From Tubulanus polymorphus (lineage: Eukaryota; Animalia; Nemertea), in NCBI RefSeq assembly GCF_964204645.1, contig NC_134028.1, forward strand, positions 26,966,345 through 27,030,344: a stretch of DNA of 64,000 bases, read 5' to 3'. Below the pieces are notes generated by a model that had not been told where the DNA came from, ran no database searches, and was given only the letters and a program-made list of their open reading frames with translations. Below are positions 1-13,648 of this stretch, one piece after another. A program made the translations under genes and the position numbers. The first letter of the stretch is position 1. Each line of letters begins with the position of its first letter.

Positions 1-3000
1 ACGGTTTCGACGGAAAGTGAAATAAAGTCATCATAAATATCACACAAGACAAAGAGAATGCTGAAACAGAAACACAAGTATTGCTAGTTCATTGACGTGT
101 GGAAAAGTGGGCTTTGACGGGGAGAGATATCTCGCGACCGCAACCTACACGGAAATTTTGAGTGTTACAATTTGTGAAAGTGCTATTTCGTAATTTCTTC
201 AGCACCGTGGAAAAGGCGACTTTTCAGATGAGTAGAAAATAATATATCACAGATCAGAGCCCAGTTCTCCACATCTGACCTCTGCGGGAAATCAAACCTG
301 ATCGCATCGAGACAGCAACGGCCCTAAGCCCCAGTACGCAACTACATGCGCAGCTTATAGATGATATCGTAATTAGCCAATGAGAAATCCTGTTTTATTT
401 TAGCCGGGGCAAATTGCCTCGAGCGATTATACAACATACAATCTGATTGGGGCCGCGAGTCTTCTTGCGGCAAACCTGCGCATATAACTGCGCACTCGGT
501 CTATTGCGGTAGGGTTTCGTGCCGTGGCTGAGTGTAGCGATAACATCAGGTTCGAATTCCAGCCGAGAGAGGATGAATTCCACGAGTCAGGAAGTGATCA
601 ACTACTGAATACTTACTGACATACATCAGATTCATGATACCATATTTCTGATCTTCATATATCGACGCGAATACTGAACAGAATGATAAAAGTGTGAAAC
701 GAGTATTCATCAACAGCTTTTAAACGAAAAAGATCATCGTATGCGAAATGTTTCAGTTGAGACTTACCTTCCTTTTGACTCCCAGAAGAGATGTTCACAA
801 GGCTTTAACGAGAACGAGAAAATTGCGATAAAACATTTGATAAAATCTGGATCCAGTTCCACAGTTGTCACTTCAGATTGTCTCAAAACTTTTATATCTA
901 TCAGCCAGAAAGGAATATAAACCTGGTCACCCGCAGTAGATGTTTCTTAAGTGTCCCCGGGCAAGATACTTATCCTCGTTGCCTCTTTCCACCCACGAGT
1001 GAATGAGTATCTGCTCGGTCGGGGGTTACTTCTCTCCACGGTGAGATGACTGATAAATGGTTAGAGTTACAGGTGGGGGGGGGGGGGGTTATGATTGGAA
1101 AGCGCCGTTGAACATTGTAGCACATTGTAACACAGAGAAAAGGGTGCAAAAGAAATCAGAATACTATTTTTATATTATTACGCGTAGATTCATTTGGTTG
1201 AAGTGTTAAATCAATCCATGCATACCCGTCTATTCTTTCACTGGATCTTTTATCCAAACCAACTATCAACGGTCCTGTAAAATAGTTAAACATCGATCTA
1301 ATTTGTTTGACGTCATCGATGGAATTCTAATTTAAGCATTTATTGTACCTTATTTTCATAAAAATAAAATGTTCATCCAGGGCGTCATAAAAGCTAACAA
1401 GCATAAATACATCGCGTGCGGGTAATAATAGTATAAAATACTGAATCTATTATGTTTGTCTTTTTGGAATTAATTGCAACAGGTTGACTTAATTGCGCGC
1501 CGTCAACAGCGAGTCAAATTAATCTAAATATATAAATTTTGATACGGGCGACTGCTATATACAGTTGCAGTCGTTTGACCTTGGCGAATTGGAAGGAATT
1601 AGGTTTTAACAGCCTGACGGTTGTTCTGCTGGTGCTCTGTACTTCCATACATTTATAAGTATCGATTTGTAGACTAGACAATCCACGTCCTCCATACATT
1701 TAAACTCTATCCAATTTTTGAGTGTTCACACTTCACACATATGTTCAGTATTCGCCTGAGGGGACATGACATTTCTTACAACTGACAAACACCAAACATC
1801 AGGTATTTAAAGGTAGAATAGAATATTCCCTTCTTTTCTTACTTCTTCATGCCTAACTGACCGATAATCTACTCACTCAGTGAGTAGATTATTAGTAGCC
1901 CCCCCCCCCTACCTCAAACCTGAGTTCAAAACGTCGTGCATTTCTATTTCAATTCTTGATGAAATTCGATTTAAATCTTTCAATGAATTTTGTATATAGT
2001 GGGGTTTTAAATCTATTATTAGGCATTTAAAATGACCTTGGAGTAATTTTAAAGGAGTACTCCAAAAATCGAGAGACTTCCAAAGAATTATCAGCTGAAG
2101 GGGTGGCTCCGAGATGATACCACGCTATACGTACCGAGGAGAAATCCTAGTCCTAGCCCGACGTAAAGTACGACGGATGATATAGCTGTGGCAGTCGTCC
2201 GTTCATCAGGTGGAAACCAAGTGCTCGATAACACAGTAGGTCCTATCATCACAGCAGGCCCGGCTAGACCGTTTAATACACCACAAACATGTATCAAACT
2301 ACCGGAAATATATCATCAAATGAATAAATTACAAAGAATATATGGAGTTGATTTCCAGACTAATGATTCCGTTAATACTACTCACCATGTGGCGATTTTC
2401 GGATCGGAACTGATGCAACGAATTCCAGTTCCGGCCATAATGAGGAAATTTGCTAAAAGCATCGAAATTCTTAAACCTGTATTTGAAATAAAATAGCATC
2501 ATCATAACCGTGGTTTAACTAGAAACATGTAGTCGAAAACTGCAGGATCCAGTTCAACAGTTGTGGATTCAGTTCATTTCCAATGCTGTGATCAAGATGG
2601 CCACATTTCGGCTTATCTACAATTCCCCGATTTGACCACGTTACAGCAAAAAAATTCCTTTGAGAGAATCAGAGGACGATTAGAGAAATGTCTTGGTTTT
2701 GGAATGACACAATCTATTTATCATTCACGAATCACGTATTGATAAAGAAACGTGTTGTCAATTATAACACATCCGAAGATTCCCCCTTTTCGTTAATAAT
2801 TAGTACATTTATAAAGTGCTGTAATTCCATGTCCAGACGAAGTTCATAATCACTCCTCTGTCAAACTAAAGCACGGAAAAGTACTTTTTGAGGTAAGACT
2901 TGAATTGGACAAGCGACAACATATCCGGATCCGTTTGATGCGATTCAATGAATTTATTCCAAATATTAACAGTTTACTTTGCAAAATTTGTTCAATTCCC

Positions 3001-4719
3001 TGATTTGTTCCCGATTTGTCTTATTCCCTTAATTGTCCATGTTCTCCACGACAGTGGCGCCACCCTGTTAACCGATGGAACTGGATCCAACTAACTAACG
3101 TGCGTATTTACAAACCTTTTACTTCAAGCAGCCACGAGAAAGGCACTGTTGCGATTACAGCCATTATACAGGGCCAGTTCGACAACAGCGCGATGTCCCA
3201 GGATTTAAACTCGAAAACGATATCAGCCGTTTTAGCTATCGGGGCCCAGGTATTCCAGACATTTCCCTGCATGATAGCTGACAGAGAGAATACTAATAGA
3301 ATATACCATCGTTCTCTACTAGTCCGTACACTGTCCTCCTAAAACGAGAAAACTAACGATTACAGCAATATTAACACATGGTATTTCTGTGATATTATTC
3401 GCCATTCTCGTGAGAGATTATCAACAACCCGGGGATACCCCCTGTGATAGGTATATCATGATATGATTGAGATTAAAACATGTTTGGATTATATGATAAT
3501 CTCTACAATCCTGCAGGGAAATATCTGCGTGTGTCTCAATGATGTATATGATAATACGTCGAAAAATAACTTAGATATATATGAGTCTTGATTTTTAACG
3601 ATACGACAAAACAATGTTCAACTTGAAATCCGCACGAAATCGAAAGTTCAAGTCGTTCTTTTAATCCAATTCGAAATTAGGTTCCTACCGTAAAAATCAA
3701 GCTATAGCCATTATAATCCGGCTGTATATCTACACCTGTGGAAAAACTCATATCTCCTCATATAATCAGCAGGCGAGTTATGTCTATAGCGCACTACTAT
3801 TTGGTAATATCGAGTAACGTGTATATACATGTGTACAGTGAACGTCCTATAACTACGTGTATTTCAATGTCATTGTGAGCCATTGATTTGTCATAAAACC
3901 TGTTTTCGTGTCTTGGACGCTTTCCTTATGCGGTTTAGATGCTTTAGAGGCTTTTCAGAAAAAATGTGTCATATAGTTATAATACACTGGGTCGACTCGA
4001 TCGTCTCTCGCCGGACTTATCGCGAGCCCCGGTCGTAACTGATTTTCTTACTCCAAATTATCATGAATCTATACAGATGCCATTTTCATTTCTTGGCGCT
4101 CTTGTCGAAGTTTGGCCCAGATTCGCCCCTGGTATATGAGTGATCCGATTGGGAAATCGAGCTGCATATTCTTAAGAACGACTTCTTCACAAAATAAATT
4201 CTCAAAAGACTTTTTTAAATAAACACTGGTTGTTCTTTGTTTCTAGCGTTGTGTCAGAAGTGACGCGTAAAAAACTTACCATTTTAGTAAAGGGTAGATT
4301 TACAGCTCGTTTGAATATCCCTCGAAACATTTCTATTTTCAATTTTAGATCTATTTACTATTTTGGTAAATTTTGCTCGATATCAACAGGTCTCCAGTAT
4401 TTCACTAATGAAACCGGAGTCAACTGGTTGTAGATTAATAATTCAGGTATCGTAATTAAAGTTCGATTGTATATTTTACCCGCATTTAAAAGCCATTAAT
4501 GACATTTATAGGTAACCAGCATTCACCGTCCCCTGTAACCACACCGACCAGATGGAGGCCCGTCGTATAGGCCTACTATAACTAACTATTATACGTATAG
4601 TAATTACCAACCTGTTTATTTTCGATGGTTCCGAAGACTCGATTAGCTCCGTTACTCGATTGACGTAACAATTCCCTCGAATCATCCGTATATTCCACTT
4701 CATGATCCGATCCTTCCAT
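1..4719 (-). CDS. SLC49A4: SLC49A4/DIRC2-like MFS transporter (FLVCR family); 3' part runs off the window start
   Basis: Phase-consistent GT-AG exons: 4719-4612 (or alternative 4330-4280), 3338-3116, 2476-2386, 2298-2135, 1274-1226, 802-768, 673-617, 60-1. Translation includes RWYILLVFSLSAIMQGNVWNTWAPI, FKSWDIALLSNW, GTGIRCI, LIHVCGVLNGLAGP, LSSTWFPPDERTTATAISS and HFPSKP, all matching DIRC2 family motifs. Confidence 0.88.
270..585. mobile_element. Palindromic dispersed element (copy 1) with tRNA-like arms, intronic
   Basis: Homologous, in opposite orientation, to 54545-54885 in both arm and spacer. The right arm carries a B-box-like GGTTCGAATTCC. Confidence 0.7.
945..1180 (+). mobile_element. 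SINE fragment (CORE-like body, AT-rich tail)
   Basis: gtgtccccgggcaagatacttatcctcgttgcctctttccaccc resembles invertebrate SINE central domains and ends in a tattatta-type tail. Recognised by resemblance only. Confidence 0.5.
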
Positions 4720-7033
4720 GGTTTTTACGACCAGTCGTATTACAATCAGTTCATAATCCGAGGATGATTTCAAATCAATTAATCCGTATCACAAATACTT
4801 GACTGATGTGACATCGATGTCCGAAATCCGTTGATTATTTGTCCGCCTATGAATTGTCTTTAGAGCGACCTGCAATCCAGTTCATAGCGTATATAGCCTG
4901 TGCTATGCATATATATAGGCCTAATTGAATTTGTCGTCGTGCGCGTGTATACAAGAACAAACAACAGCTGTTCCGACCGCTTCTCACCACTGAGTCCCGG
5001 TCTATTGATTATGAAAGGAAAACAAACGTAATTGAAAAAAAAAACACGATTCTTGTGAATATTAAACTCAACAATTTCATTTGAATAATTACATACATAT
5101 AATAGGTCTACATCGATACTTACTTAAATTTCATTGTCAGTTAATAAACCTTTGACGAATAACATACATATTGATATATTCATAAAGATGGTAGCAACAC
5201 TTCACCGTCCGAGAAATCAGACCAAGGTAAAAATGCCACAGATAAAAAAGTTATTGGTAAAATGCCAGAAGGAAATGTCGGACGTTTAAGTTTAATGCGT
5301 AAGTCGAAAGCGTTTCGAATTCTTTGAAATCGACTAATAACAAAATATCATCCGTGAAAAACAATTTAAAAAATCCCACAATCACAGGATGCAATAGAAC
5401 AGAATATAATTCAATATATGGAAATTGGAAATACTTCTGTTATTTTCTGCTGTCCTACCTTGGTCGAGAGACTGCCCAAAATAGCATATATACAGAATAG
5501 CTTATATGTGTATTAAATTATTTTGTTAAGATTTGTAATTTTGATTAACTGTCATACAAGTGTAGTACACACTTTGATAAGGAATAAACTACCAGACTAT
5601 ATATTTGGTTTTTGAGTGACTGTCCATGACTCAATTGAAGAAAATAGCGACAATTATGAAAGAAGATAATTGAGGCGTTTTGATCGAATTCTATGAGTTT
5701 TAAAAATGGCGAAACGCAATAAACATAGAGTTTCTTAGACTTTTCTTCACGTGAGATATTTTCTTCAACCTCCGCACTTCTTGAATTGAAAATAGTCTAT
5801 CTTTAGTAATATCTTAAACAGATTCACAAAGCAATATGTATCTATATCCTAGCAAAATCAGAATAAGCGTCATTGAATATTGAAGTGACATACCTGTAGT
5901 AGCCAATTAGACTTTCTTGAGCTAAATGGTTAGTTACACGTATGTGTACGTATAGGTTCGGCAGGCGAGTGTCGACCGGTCAGACGCGTACATACTTGAT
6001 ACTAATTACACATACCTTATTAGCCTGATTACAATAAACCTCACAAAAGTCAATTCATATGGAAAATAAAGTGCAATACGAAAAACGGACGAAATAGTCG
6101 GTAATTGTTAGTCGATCAAAAGTACTGTAAAAGTGGAAATAATTCTGTCCTCTATTCCTGTATTCAGACAGACACCTCATTTAGAATTCCGTTAATCTTT
6201 ATCGTGTCACAAATTGCATAATAATGGGATTGACTAAAATGTATATATCGACTGTACTTATACAGCTAATTATTGAGTTGTTAGAATATAGTATAAATAT
6301 AATATTTCATGCGATGCCTCTAACTCATAATTTCAATATTGCTAAACGTGAAACATTTGGCACGTGATTTTGATATCGTTTCGACTTTATCACATATACC
6401 AGTCTTCATCAGAAATACTGAAGTAAGAATGAGAATATAATTTGTAAAACGCTTTTTTGCCAGGGTGGCCTACGCTACAGTGTCGGCGCAACCAGGATTA
6501 TGAGGCAGTTAAGACATAAAGTTGCTTTTTACAATTTACAGTCGGTACTCACTTTCAACATCACACCAAATCACACATAAATCTAGTATCACGATGTTCA
6601 AACGCACACTCGTTACATTACAAACGTTACGTAGAAAAAACAACGTTGTTTTTAACAAATTGGGGGGTTTTCAAAAAAAATCAAAGCGGATTTGTTTGAA
6701 GGATAATATTAGTAGGCCTATAAGGTTTGTATAGAGTTTAAAAATCAACCATCTGTCGTTCTGAAGCTAATATACAAAGCGTGAAACCCCTCGATATGAA
6801 TAGACATCTATGGCAACACATGTTCAAAATTAAACCTGGATATATCAATTATATCTCTGTCAGCCATCAGAAAATCAGAAAGATATTCGAGCCGATCTGG
6901 TTGTATGTTTTCCGTACGATCAGGCTCGTGTTCGACGTTAAGAACACTATTCCTAAAGAAAATGATCGGGGCTATTTCTATAAATATATAGATGATTCGG
7001 TCACACTTCTAAACCAGGCCTGTCACACTTCAA

Positions 7034-7270
7034 CCCGACGGTCTAGTGATTATCACGTTAGGCTCACGTGCCAGGTACTGAGTTCAAATCCTGCTAGGTT
7101 AGGTTTGCGTATTGAGTCATGCCTGGAAGTCGTCCTTTTAAGAGAAAACGCTAGCCCTTTTCGAGTAACCCTTTTTTCACCGCCCTTGCTGTCGTGTCTA
7201 TGCGATGAAATATCTACAACCACCGAATGTAAAGTATCTAATAGTATTTGAGCTGAATGAATAAATTAAT
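7034..7270 (+). mobile_element. tRNA-derived SINE
   Basis: A-box-like ggtctagtg and B-box-like gagttcaaatcc followed by gctaggtt. A related head lies on the minus strand at 56390-56453. No clean cloverleaf. Confidence 0.55.
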
Positions 7271-7760
7271 GATTTATTGCATAATTCTCGTATTATTATG
7301 TAAATCATAACTGGCGGAATCCGGGATAAGGTGATAGAATCGGTTCAACGCGTGACTCATGAATCCTCGCTTCGATCTCTACGGTGATTTCTATCCAGTG
7401 GTACCAACACATTCAGCCATAAGTTAAATATTAACCGTTGTCATCGACGTGGTATCATCTAGGTATCAATGATAGAAATCTCTCTTTTAGAAATGATAAG
7501 TAATCCTAACACATTCTAGACAGGAAAATCCTGTTTGACTGGTCGGTCCTTTTTTCTGTAGGCCTATTGGTTGCTGATTATATTTCACTATACATCCTTA
7601 AGGAATCGATTTGAGGCACCTGTCGAATATAGACGTAATTTTGACTTTGAAAAAAGTCTCCCACACCTAGAAAACTAAGCAAGTAATTTCCGGCGAAAGA
7701 TGACAGACCCCCCCATCTGGCCTCGAGTCTTAGAGGGCGCTCGGGGGTTTTACTATCCAC

Positions 7761-8546
7761 ATCGACAAATTCAAGTTCTTGAATTACTCGTGTGGTGGCG
7801 CTAGTCAGAACCGGAAATTGGAACCTAAATCCGCCATGTTCTAGTTCATTTGCAATGAAAATCTCTCGCTTCAAGTTTTTGGTTAGCGATATTTTACTTA
7901 CTATACATAGGCACGCATAATCCTTTAAGTAGAATTCGATATAACCTCACTTTGAACGCTAAAGATCACTAGAAATGTGAAAAAACTACCAAAAATCACA
8001 AATTTAGCGATGACGCTCGAAGCAGCTAACGGAAGTAATGACTGGTGCCGGGTGTCATCACTTGGTTGTTGAGTTCAAGACTCTAAGGTGAATTCATTGC
8101 AGGCTACACTGATAAATATGAAATAATATTACGAAATGAAATTGATGTTAGAAGGACTACACTCGTAGATTCATAATAAAAATATGATAAGTACCAGGAC
8201 TCGAACCAACAATCGAAATTGGGTCGTCAAGTGCTGCCACCATGTGATACCTGGCAACCAGTCTTTACATCTTCAGCTGTTGCAAAATGTTTTTTGATAA
8301 TTTTAGGACACTTATAGTTATTTGTAGCATTTGCAGTGAGGTTTTATCATATCCAACGTAGCGGTTGGATAACATACTTAAAGGATTATGCGTAACGATG
8401 TATAGTAAGTAAAATATCGCTCATTGAAAACTTGAAGCGAGAGATTTTAATTGCAAATGAACTAGAGCATGAAGGATTTAGGTTTCAATTTCCGGTTCTG
8501 ACTAGCGCCATCAAACGAGTAATTCAAGAACTTGAATTTGTCGATA
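7761..8546. mobile_element. Foldback/MITE-type non-autonomous DNA transposon with ~170-bp terminal inverted repeats
   Basis: 7761-7931 (atcgacaaattcaagttcttgaattactcg...aatcctttaagta) is the reverse complement of 8376-8546, with weaker inverted similarity continuing inward. This explains the mirror ORFs 7578..7874 and 8432..8758. Confidence 0.85.
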
Positions 8547-8699
8547 TCCCGTATACAAGTGTGACACTCTCCGAGTCCCTTCCCTCTAATCCGGATCCGC
8601 CCCTAATAAATACAATATTGATTTGGAATAGGATCGACACGAGGGACCCATTGCAAGCCACCACAAGGGTAATGATGATAACCGATGATAGTAGTATCC

Positions 8700-9140
8700 A
8701 CTTAGTGACACCGTGTCACTGTACACCGAGCGTGCAGGGCCGGCCGGTGACTCTGTGACACCGTGTCACTGTTCACCGAGCGTGCAGGGCCGGCCGGTGA
8801 CTCTGTGACACCGTGTCACTGTTCACCGAGCGTGCAGGGCCGGCCGGTATAGTGACACCGTGTCACTGTACACCGAGCGTGCAGGGCCGGCCGGTATCTT
8901 AGTGACACCGTGTCACTATACACCGAGCGAGCAGGGCCGGCCGGTATCTTAGTGACACCGTGTCACTGTACACCGAGCGTGCAGGGCCGGCCGGTATCTT
9001 AGTGACACCGTGTCACTATACACCGAGCGAGCAGGGCCGGCCGGTATCTTAGTGACACCGTGTCACTGTACACCGAGCGTGCAGGGCCGGCCGGTATCTT
9101 AGTGACACCGTGTCACTATACACCGAGCGTGCAGGGCCGG
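8700..9140. repeat. 50-bp minisatellite, ~9 copies, with internal palindromes
   Basis: Unit cttagtgacaccgtgtcactgtacaccgagcgtgcagggccggccggtat, containing an agtgacac-c-gtgtcact hairpin and ggccggcc. Confidence 0.95.
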
Positions 9141-9623
9141 TGTCTTTCAGTAAAGCCTGATTCATGTAAAACATGGCTTCTTACGATGACAATTACAAAC
9201 GTTACTTACGTTTGAATTCTTACGATCGTTAATGATTTGTGAATCAAATTACATCGACCAAGAAGAGCTCTTGTACGCAATGTATAGATCTGATCGTTGA
9301 GTATTTGATTTCATCCTAACATCCAGAATATCGAGAAATACGCGATAAATTACGATGATGGCTTTGTTTGTGGGTCGCTTCAGTCCAATCAATTCTAAGT
9401 ATAGCGTGGTTTTGTTGAAGTTATTATTGTATTGTCTGACGCTCAGATGACTGTTCGTGATGATACGCGCTGTGTGTAAATATCTGTTTCGGGGTGCATG
9501 GTTTGTTTGTGCCGTATAATCATGTTGTCTATTATTTCCCGTAATTCGCGCTATAAAAATAGGCCAACATTTCAACTAAACAGTAAGCAAATCACACAGT
9601 TAACCAGTTTGAGGGCTACTAGT

Positions 9624-12600
9624 ATGATACAAATGATGGGTGTTTCTTGGCTTCGTTTTCTGATATATTTGACTGTATATGGTCGAATTCGAGGTGAGTT
9701 TGTGAACACTTTTGCCCCGAATACCCGTGTTTTCTGTAAAAAAGTTCCTTTTTCATGAACTAATACATGTATTTGAACATCTATATGTATCGTGATGATA
9801 GGTGAAATCGAATCCTGGGAATCGGAAAGTAAACTACTGAAAAAGTTGTTTCCTGCTGACAGTATGATGCCGTTTATTCGCCCACATGTTAACCCTGATG
9901 AACCGGTTGAAGTGCGACTATCTGCCACACTACAGAACATCGTTGAAGTGGTAAGCATTATTATTCATGTACTTGAGGATATTTTGCGAATAAACAGCGT
10001 GAAAAATCACGAACAGACACGAAGCCTACCAAACACGCTTTTTTCATCTCCTAACTGTAGCTTTGAGTCGGTTGCTTTACTCGATTTTAGTGGAAAGAGC
10101 TGTCAGAGAAAACCTCGTTTGTCGCAACCGACACTAGTAGGAATCGTGGCTGATTCTGGTCGAATGAAGAAACAAAATCTGACACTCAATCGCCACCACG
10201 CGACCACGTTTCGTTATAACCCGGTTATTTTCGTTTTAGCTTCGCATCAGGGGTGGCTTGAAGGGGTGGCTACTAAGAGAGTCCTTGAACCTGAGTGCCT
10301 TCGTGTCAAGAAAAATTTGTCATGATTTCATTTCATTTTTGACCTTTACCACTCGGCATCTGCACCTCCTTAATCCATAAACGTCGGAGCTGCACAGGCA
10401 GGTCCGATATCACGCACATCTTCAACAAAGAAAATCAGTATTTCTTATAAAATTTAAGAAACGAAAGTGATAAGGAATTATACTTTCTTTTCAAGAATGT
10501 TTGGAAGTATCTTTTTGAGCTCAAATATTTCTGGATAAACGTTGATTTCATTTTTTTTGTAATGACAGGATGAAACTGAATCTGTTTTAGGAGCCAATTT
10601 GTGGATGGCTTTAGTAAGTAGAGTATATTACAGAATTTGTTTTTTCCCTATATCACGTATATTCATTATTTGTTCTTTGATTACCGCAGAGATGGAAGGA
10701 TCATCGTTTAACATGGGACCCGGAACTGTTTTCCGGTATTGACAAACTAATGTTACCGGCAACACAGATCTGGTTACCAGATATAAGCCTTTATAACAGG
10801 TAATAGCATGTCTCCTTCACCCTGTAACCCTCACCCTCTCCACCCTCTACTCTCTCCCCTGTCCCCTCCCCGTCCTCCCCTCTCCCCTCTACTCTCTCCC
10901 CTGTCCCCTCCCCGTCCTCCCCTCTCCCCTCTACTCTCTCCCCTGTCCCCTCCCCGTCCCCTCCCCACTCTCCGCCCTCTTCTCTCTCCCCTGTCCCTCC
11001 CCGTCCTCCCCTCTCCCCTCTACTCTCTCCCCTGTCCCCTCCCCCTCCCCACTCCCCGTCCTCCCCTCTACTCTCTCCCCTGTCCCCTCCCCGTCCTCCC
11101 CTCTCCCCTCTACTCTCTCCCCTGTCCCCTCCCCGTCCCCTCCCCACTCTCCGCCCTCTTCTCTCTCCCCTGTCCCTCCCCGTCCTCCCCTCTCCCCTCT
11201 ACTCTCTCCCCTGTCCCCTCCCCCTCCCCACTCCCCGTCCTCCCCTCTACTCTCTCCCCTGTCCCCTCCCCGTCCTCCCCTCTCCCCTCTACTCTCTCCC
11301 CTGTCCCCTCCCCGTCCTCCCCTCTACTCTCTCCCCTGTCCCCTCCCCCTCCCCTCCCCACTCTCCGTCCTCTTCTCTCTCCTCTCTCCGGCCTCTACTC
11401 TTCCCACTCACCCTCTCCCTGTTACAATCTCGGCCTCTCCCTCTTTTACTCGTGGTATACATGCATGCTTGTCTCGATTATTTCAGCGCTTTTGAATTGG
11501 ACTATGTTCCGCATGGTAAAACACACCTCGTTATCTCGTCGACTGGTGACATTAGTTGGATTCCTCCAATACATGTACGAGCTCTCTGCGTGTTCAATGT
11601 GAAATCTTTTCCCTACGACACAAATACTTGCAACCTGAAGTTTGGTAGTTGGACACATTCTGGGCAAATGGTAAATAACAATATTATAGATAACAGTAAA
11701 AAATCTCCTATTGCGTCAATAAGAGATGACGTCACATATTGAGGCCAACGTGACGTCATCGTTAGTTACACTTAATTTTATTGCTTAATACATCAGAAAC
11801 AATTTCATCATGAGTTCCGGGTTATAGTTTTACGGTAAGCCGAGGAGCCCGAGGGGGCAAGGATCTACTGTTCTTCAGCTATAGTGTCAAACTTTAATCT
11901 GATATAGAACTTGGACCCGGGACTAAATAATCTATTCCGTGTTTAGATCAATCTGACTTTAGCAAATGAAGTCGTCGACACATCAACTTTCGCGCGACAT
12001 CCGGTGTTTGATCTCAAAGAGGCTAAGGCTAAACGTAATGCTGTTCGGTACGAATGCTGTCCAGAAGAGTATATTGATATCGTGTTGAGTCTAACTCTAA
12101 GCCGTAGATCGTCGATACTGTCTCTGATCTATGTCGCACCTGCTGTATGTTTGGGTTTACTGGTGCCGTTCATATTCCTCATCCAGAGGAAATCGTATAT
12201 TTTTGGTAAGTTTTAAAATCGCTGAGGGAAAGCAACAGGACGGCGTGGCTAAAGTGGTACCGGGTCCAGCTTGACGGGCTACAAGTCCAGGCTGAAGAAT
12301 GATATCTGAATCTCAGTGAATGCTGTTTTATGTTTACAGGTATCGGTTTGCAGGCATGCCTGCTGATACTACTGTCAATGATTGAAGATGTTTTTCCAGC
12401 TTCAGATGCCCACAGTACACCAATGATAGGTAAGAGCGAGCTGACCTACCATTGAGTAGACGCTTTCTTACTCGGTACCTGAGAAACCACTCGAGTTGGT
12501 CCATTGCAATAAGATAATCTTCATTTGATCATAAACATTATATCATGAACATAAAAATATAGTTGCATAATACTATACGCAGGCCGATCGAAGCCCGAAG

Positions 12601-13648
12601 GCAGGTCATGTAGAACTGACAGCTTATAGAAAAAAGATGCAAAAGATAATTGCACTCTTGATAACAATGAATGAGAATAGAGAATTATAGTATCACGGAT
12701 ATGTAGGTGTAGATCTAAGACGGGGTTCAGAAGAAAGGAAAGACATTTCCCGGATAAAGTAACCACGTCAAAGGCATAGTGGTGTCCCATCCTCGGTGTT
12801 AGATACTATAGATGCAAATTCCGAAAGGATAAGTTTCCTGCAGGTTTAAACTATCGCTGTCTTGACGAAAAGGGTAACCAAAGTGGGAAGGCAGTGGCCC
12901 AGACTCCGGTGACCAAAATCCGCCCTGCTATGGTGAATTTGACAAATGGAACCTCTACTGTTTCCCTGATTCTACACTGCGATGTACTATAGTCATACTC
13001 ACAATTCGTCTCAACTTGTTTATTATTATGTTTCAGCGATTTATTACGCATCTTGTTTTATTGTGGCATCGATTTGTTTGATACTGAAATTCTTGCTCGG
13101 CGTTCTAAGCGACTCACCGATAAGTCCTCCTCCTGGCCTGGCGCGGGTACGTATTATCATTACATTTCACATCAGAGCCAAGACGTCTATGTCCAATCGA
13201 TTACAGCCTTAAGGTTCCTCTGCGTGGTCTCCTCAACGATTCTGTAAAAAAGATTTATTCAGTGTCATATTGAATCAAGAAGAAATCAATATCAAATCAT
13301 ATCATATTGTGTGTATAAGACAAAATAATCTATATGATCTCGCGGTGCACGTAATAAAATGTCCCTTTTCGTTTAATTCATTTGTTTGCATCCAATCTTT
13401 GATATGATCTATTTTGTATTTTACAGTGTTTCGCAACTTTAGGAAAGCCTTTATGCGTTAATCCGGAAATTCAATACGCAGATGAACAGCCGATCATGGA
13501 CGAGGGGTCTTCCCCCAATGACGTGGAGGTCACAAGTCCACCGAAACCAAGCACCACCTGGCGGCCTATCGCTACAATAATGGAACGGATACTGTTTTTG
13601 GTATTCCTCGTGTTGATATTGATTATTACAGTTGGTTACATCCCTTAG
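9624..13648 (+). CDS. Divergent nicotinic acetylcholine receptor-like subunit, alpha type (Cys-loop ligand-gated channel)
   Basis: Exons 9624-9693, 9802-9950, 10569-10613 (45 nt), 10690-10799 (110 nt), 11487-11670, 11947-12205, 12340-12429, 13037-13146, 13427-13648. Signal peptide, WLPDISLYN, Cys-loop CVFNVKSFPYDTNTC, FGSWTH, loop C YECCPEEY and four TM segments. The 45- and 110-nt exons are classic for nAChR genes. Confidence 0.92.
10811..11440. repeat. C/T-rich degenerate tandem repeat in receptor intron 4
   Basis: ~600 bp of ctctactctctcccctgtcccctccccgtcctccc variants, which produce the spurious Pro/Ser/Leu and Gly/Glu/Arg ORFs. Confidence 0.95.

Noticed and set aside
7034-7105. Possible tRNA genes here and at 44566-44640 and 56390-56453
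   Set aside because: A/B boxes are present, but the acceptor and anticodon stems do not pair and shared non-tRNA 3' sequence follows, so they are better explained as SINE heads.
7578-8758. Two similar ORFs MKREI.IANELEH.GFRFQFPVLTSA on opposite strands
   Set aside because: They are translations of the MITE inverted repeats and have no transposase motifs.
8700-9140. CRISPR-like appearance (palindromic repeats); likewise 56506-56823
   Set aside because: There are no unique spacers and no cas genes, and the context is eukaryotic with introns. These are plain minisatellites.
10791-11602. Pro/Ser/Leu-rich and Gly/Glu/Arg-rich ORFs
   Set aside because: They are a low-complexity intronic repeat; the real exons are 10690-10799 and 11487-11670.
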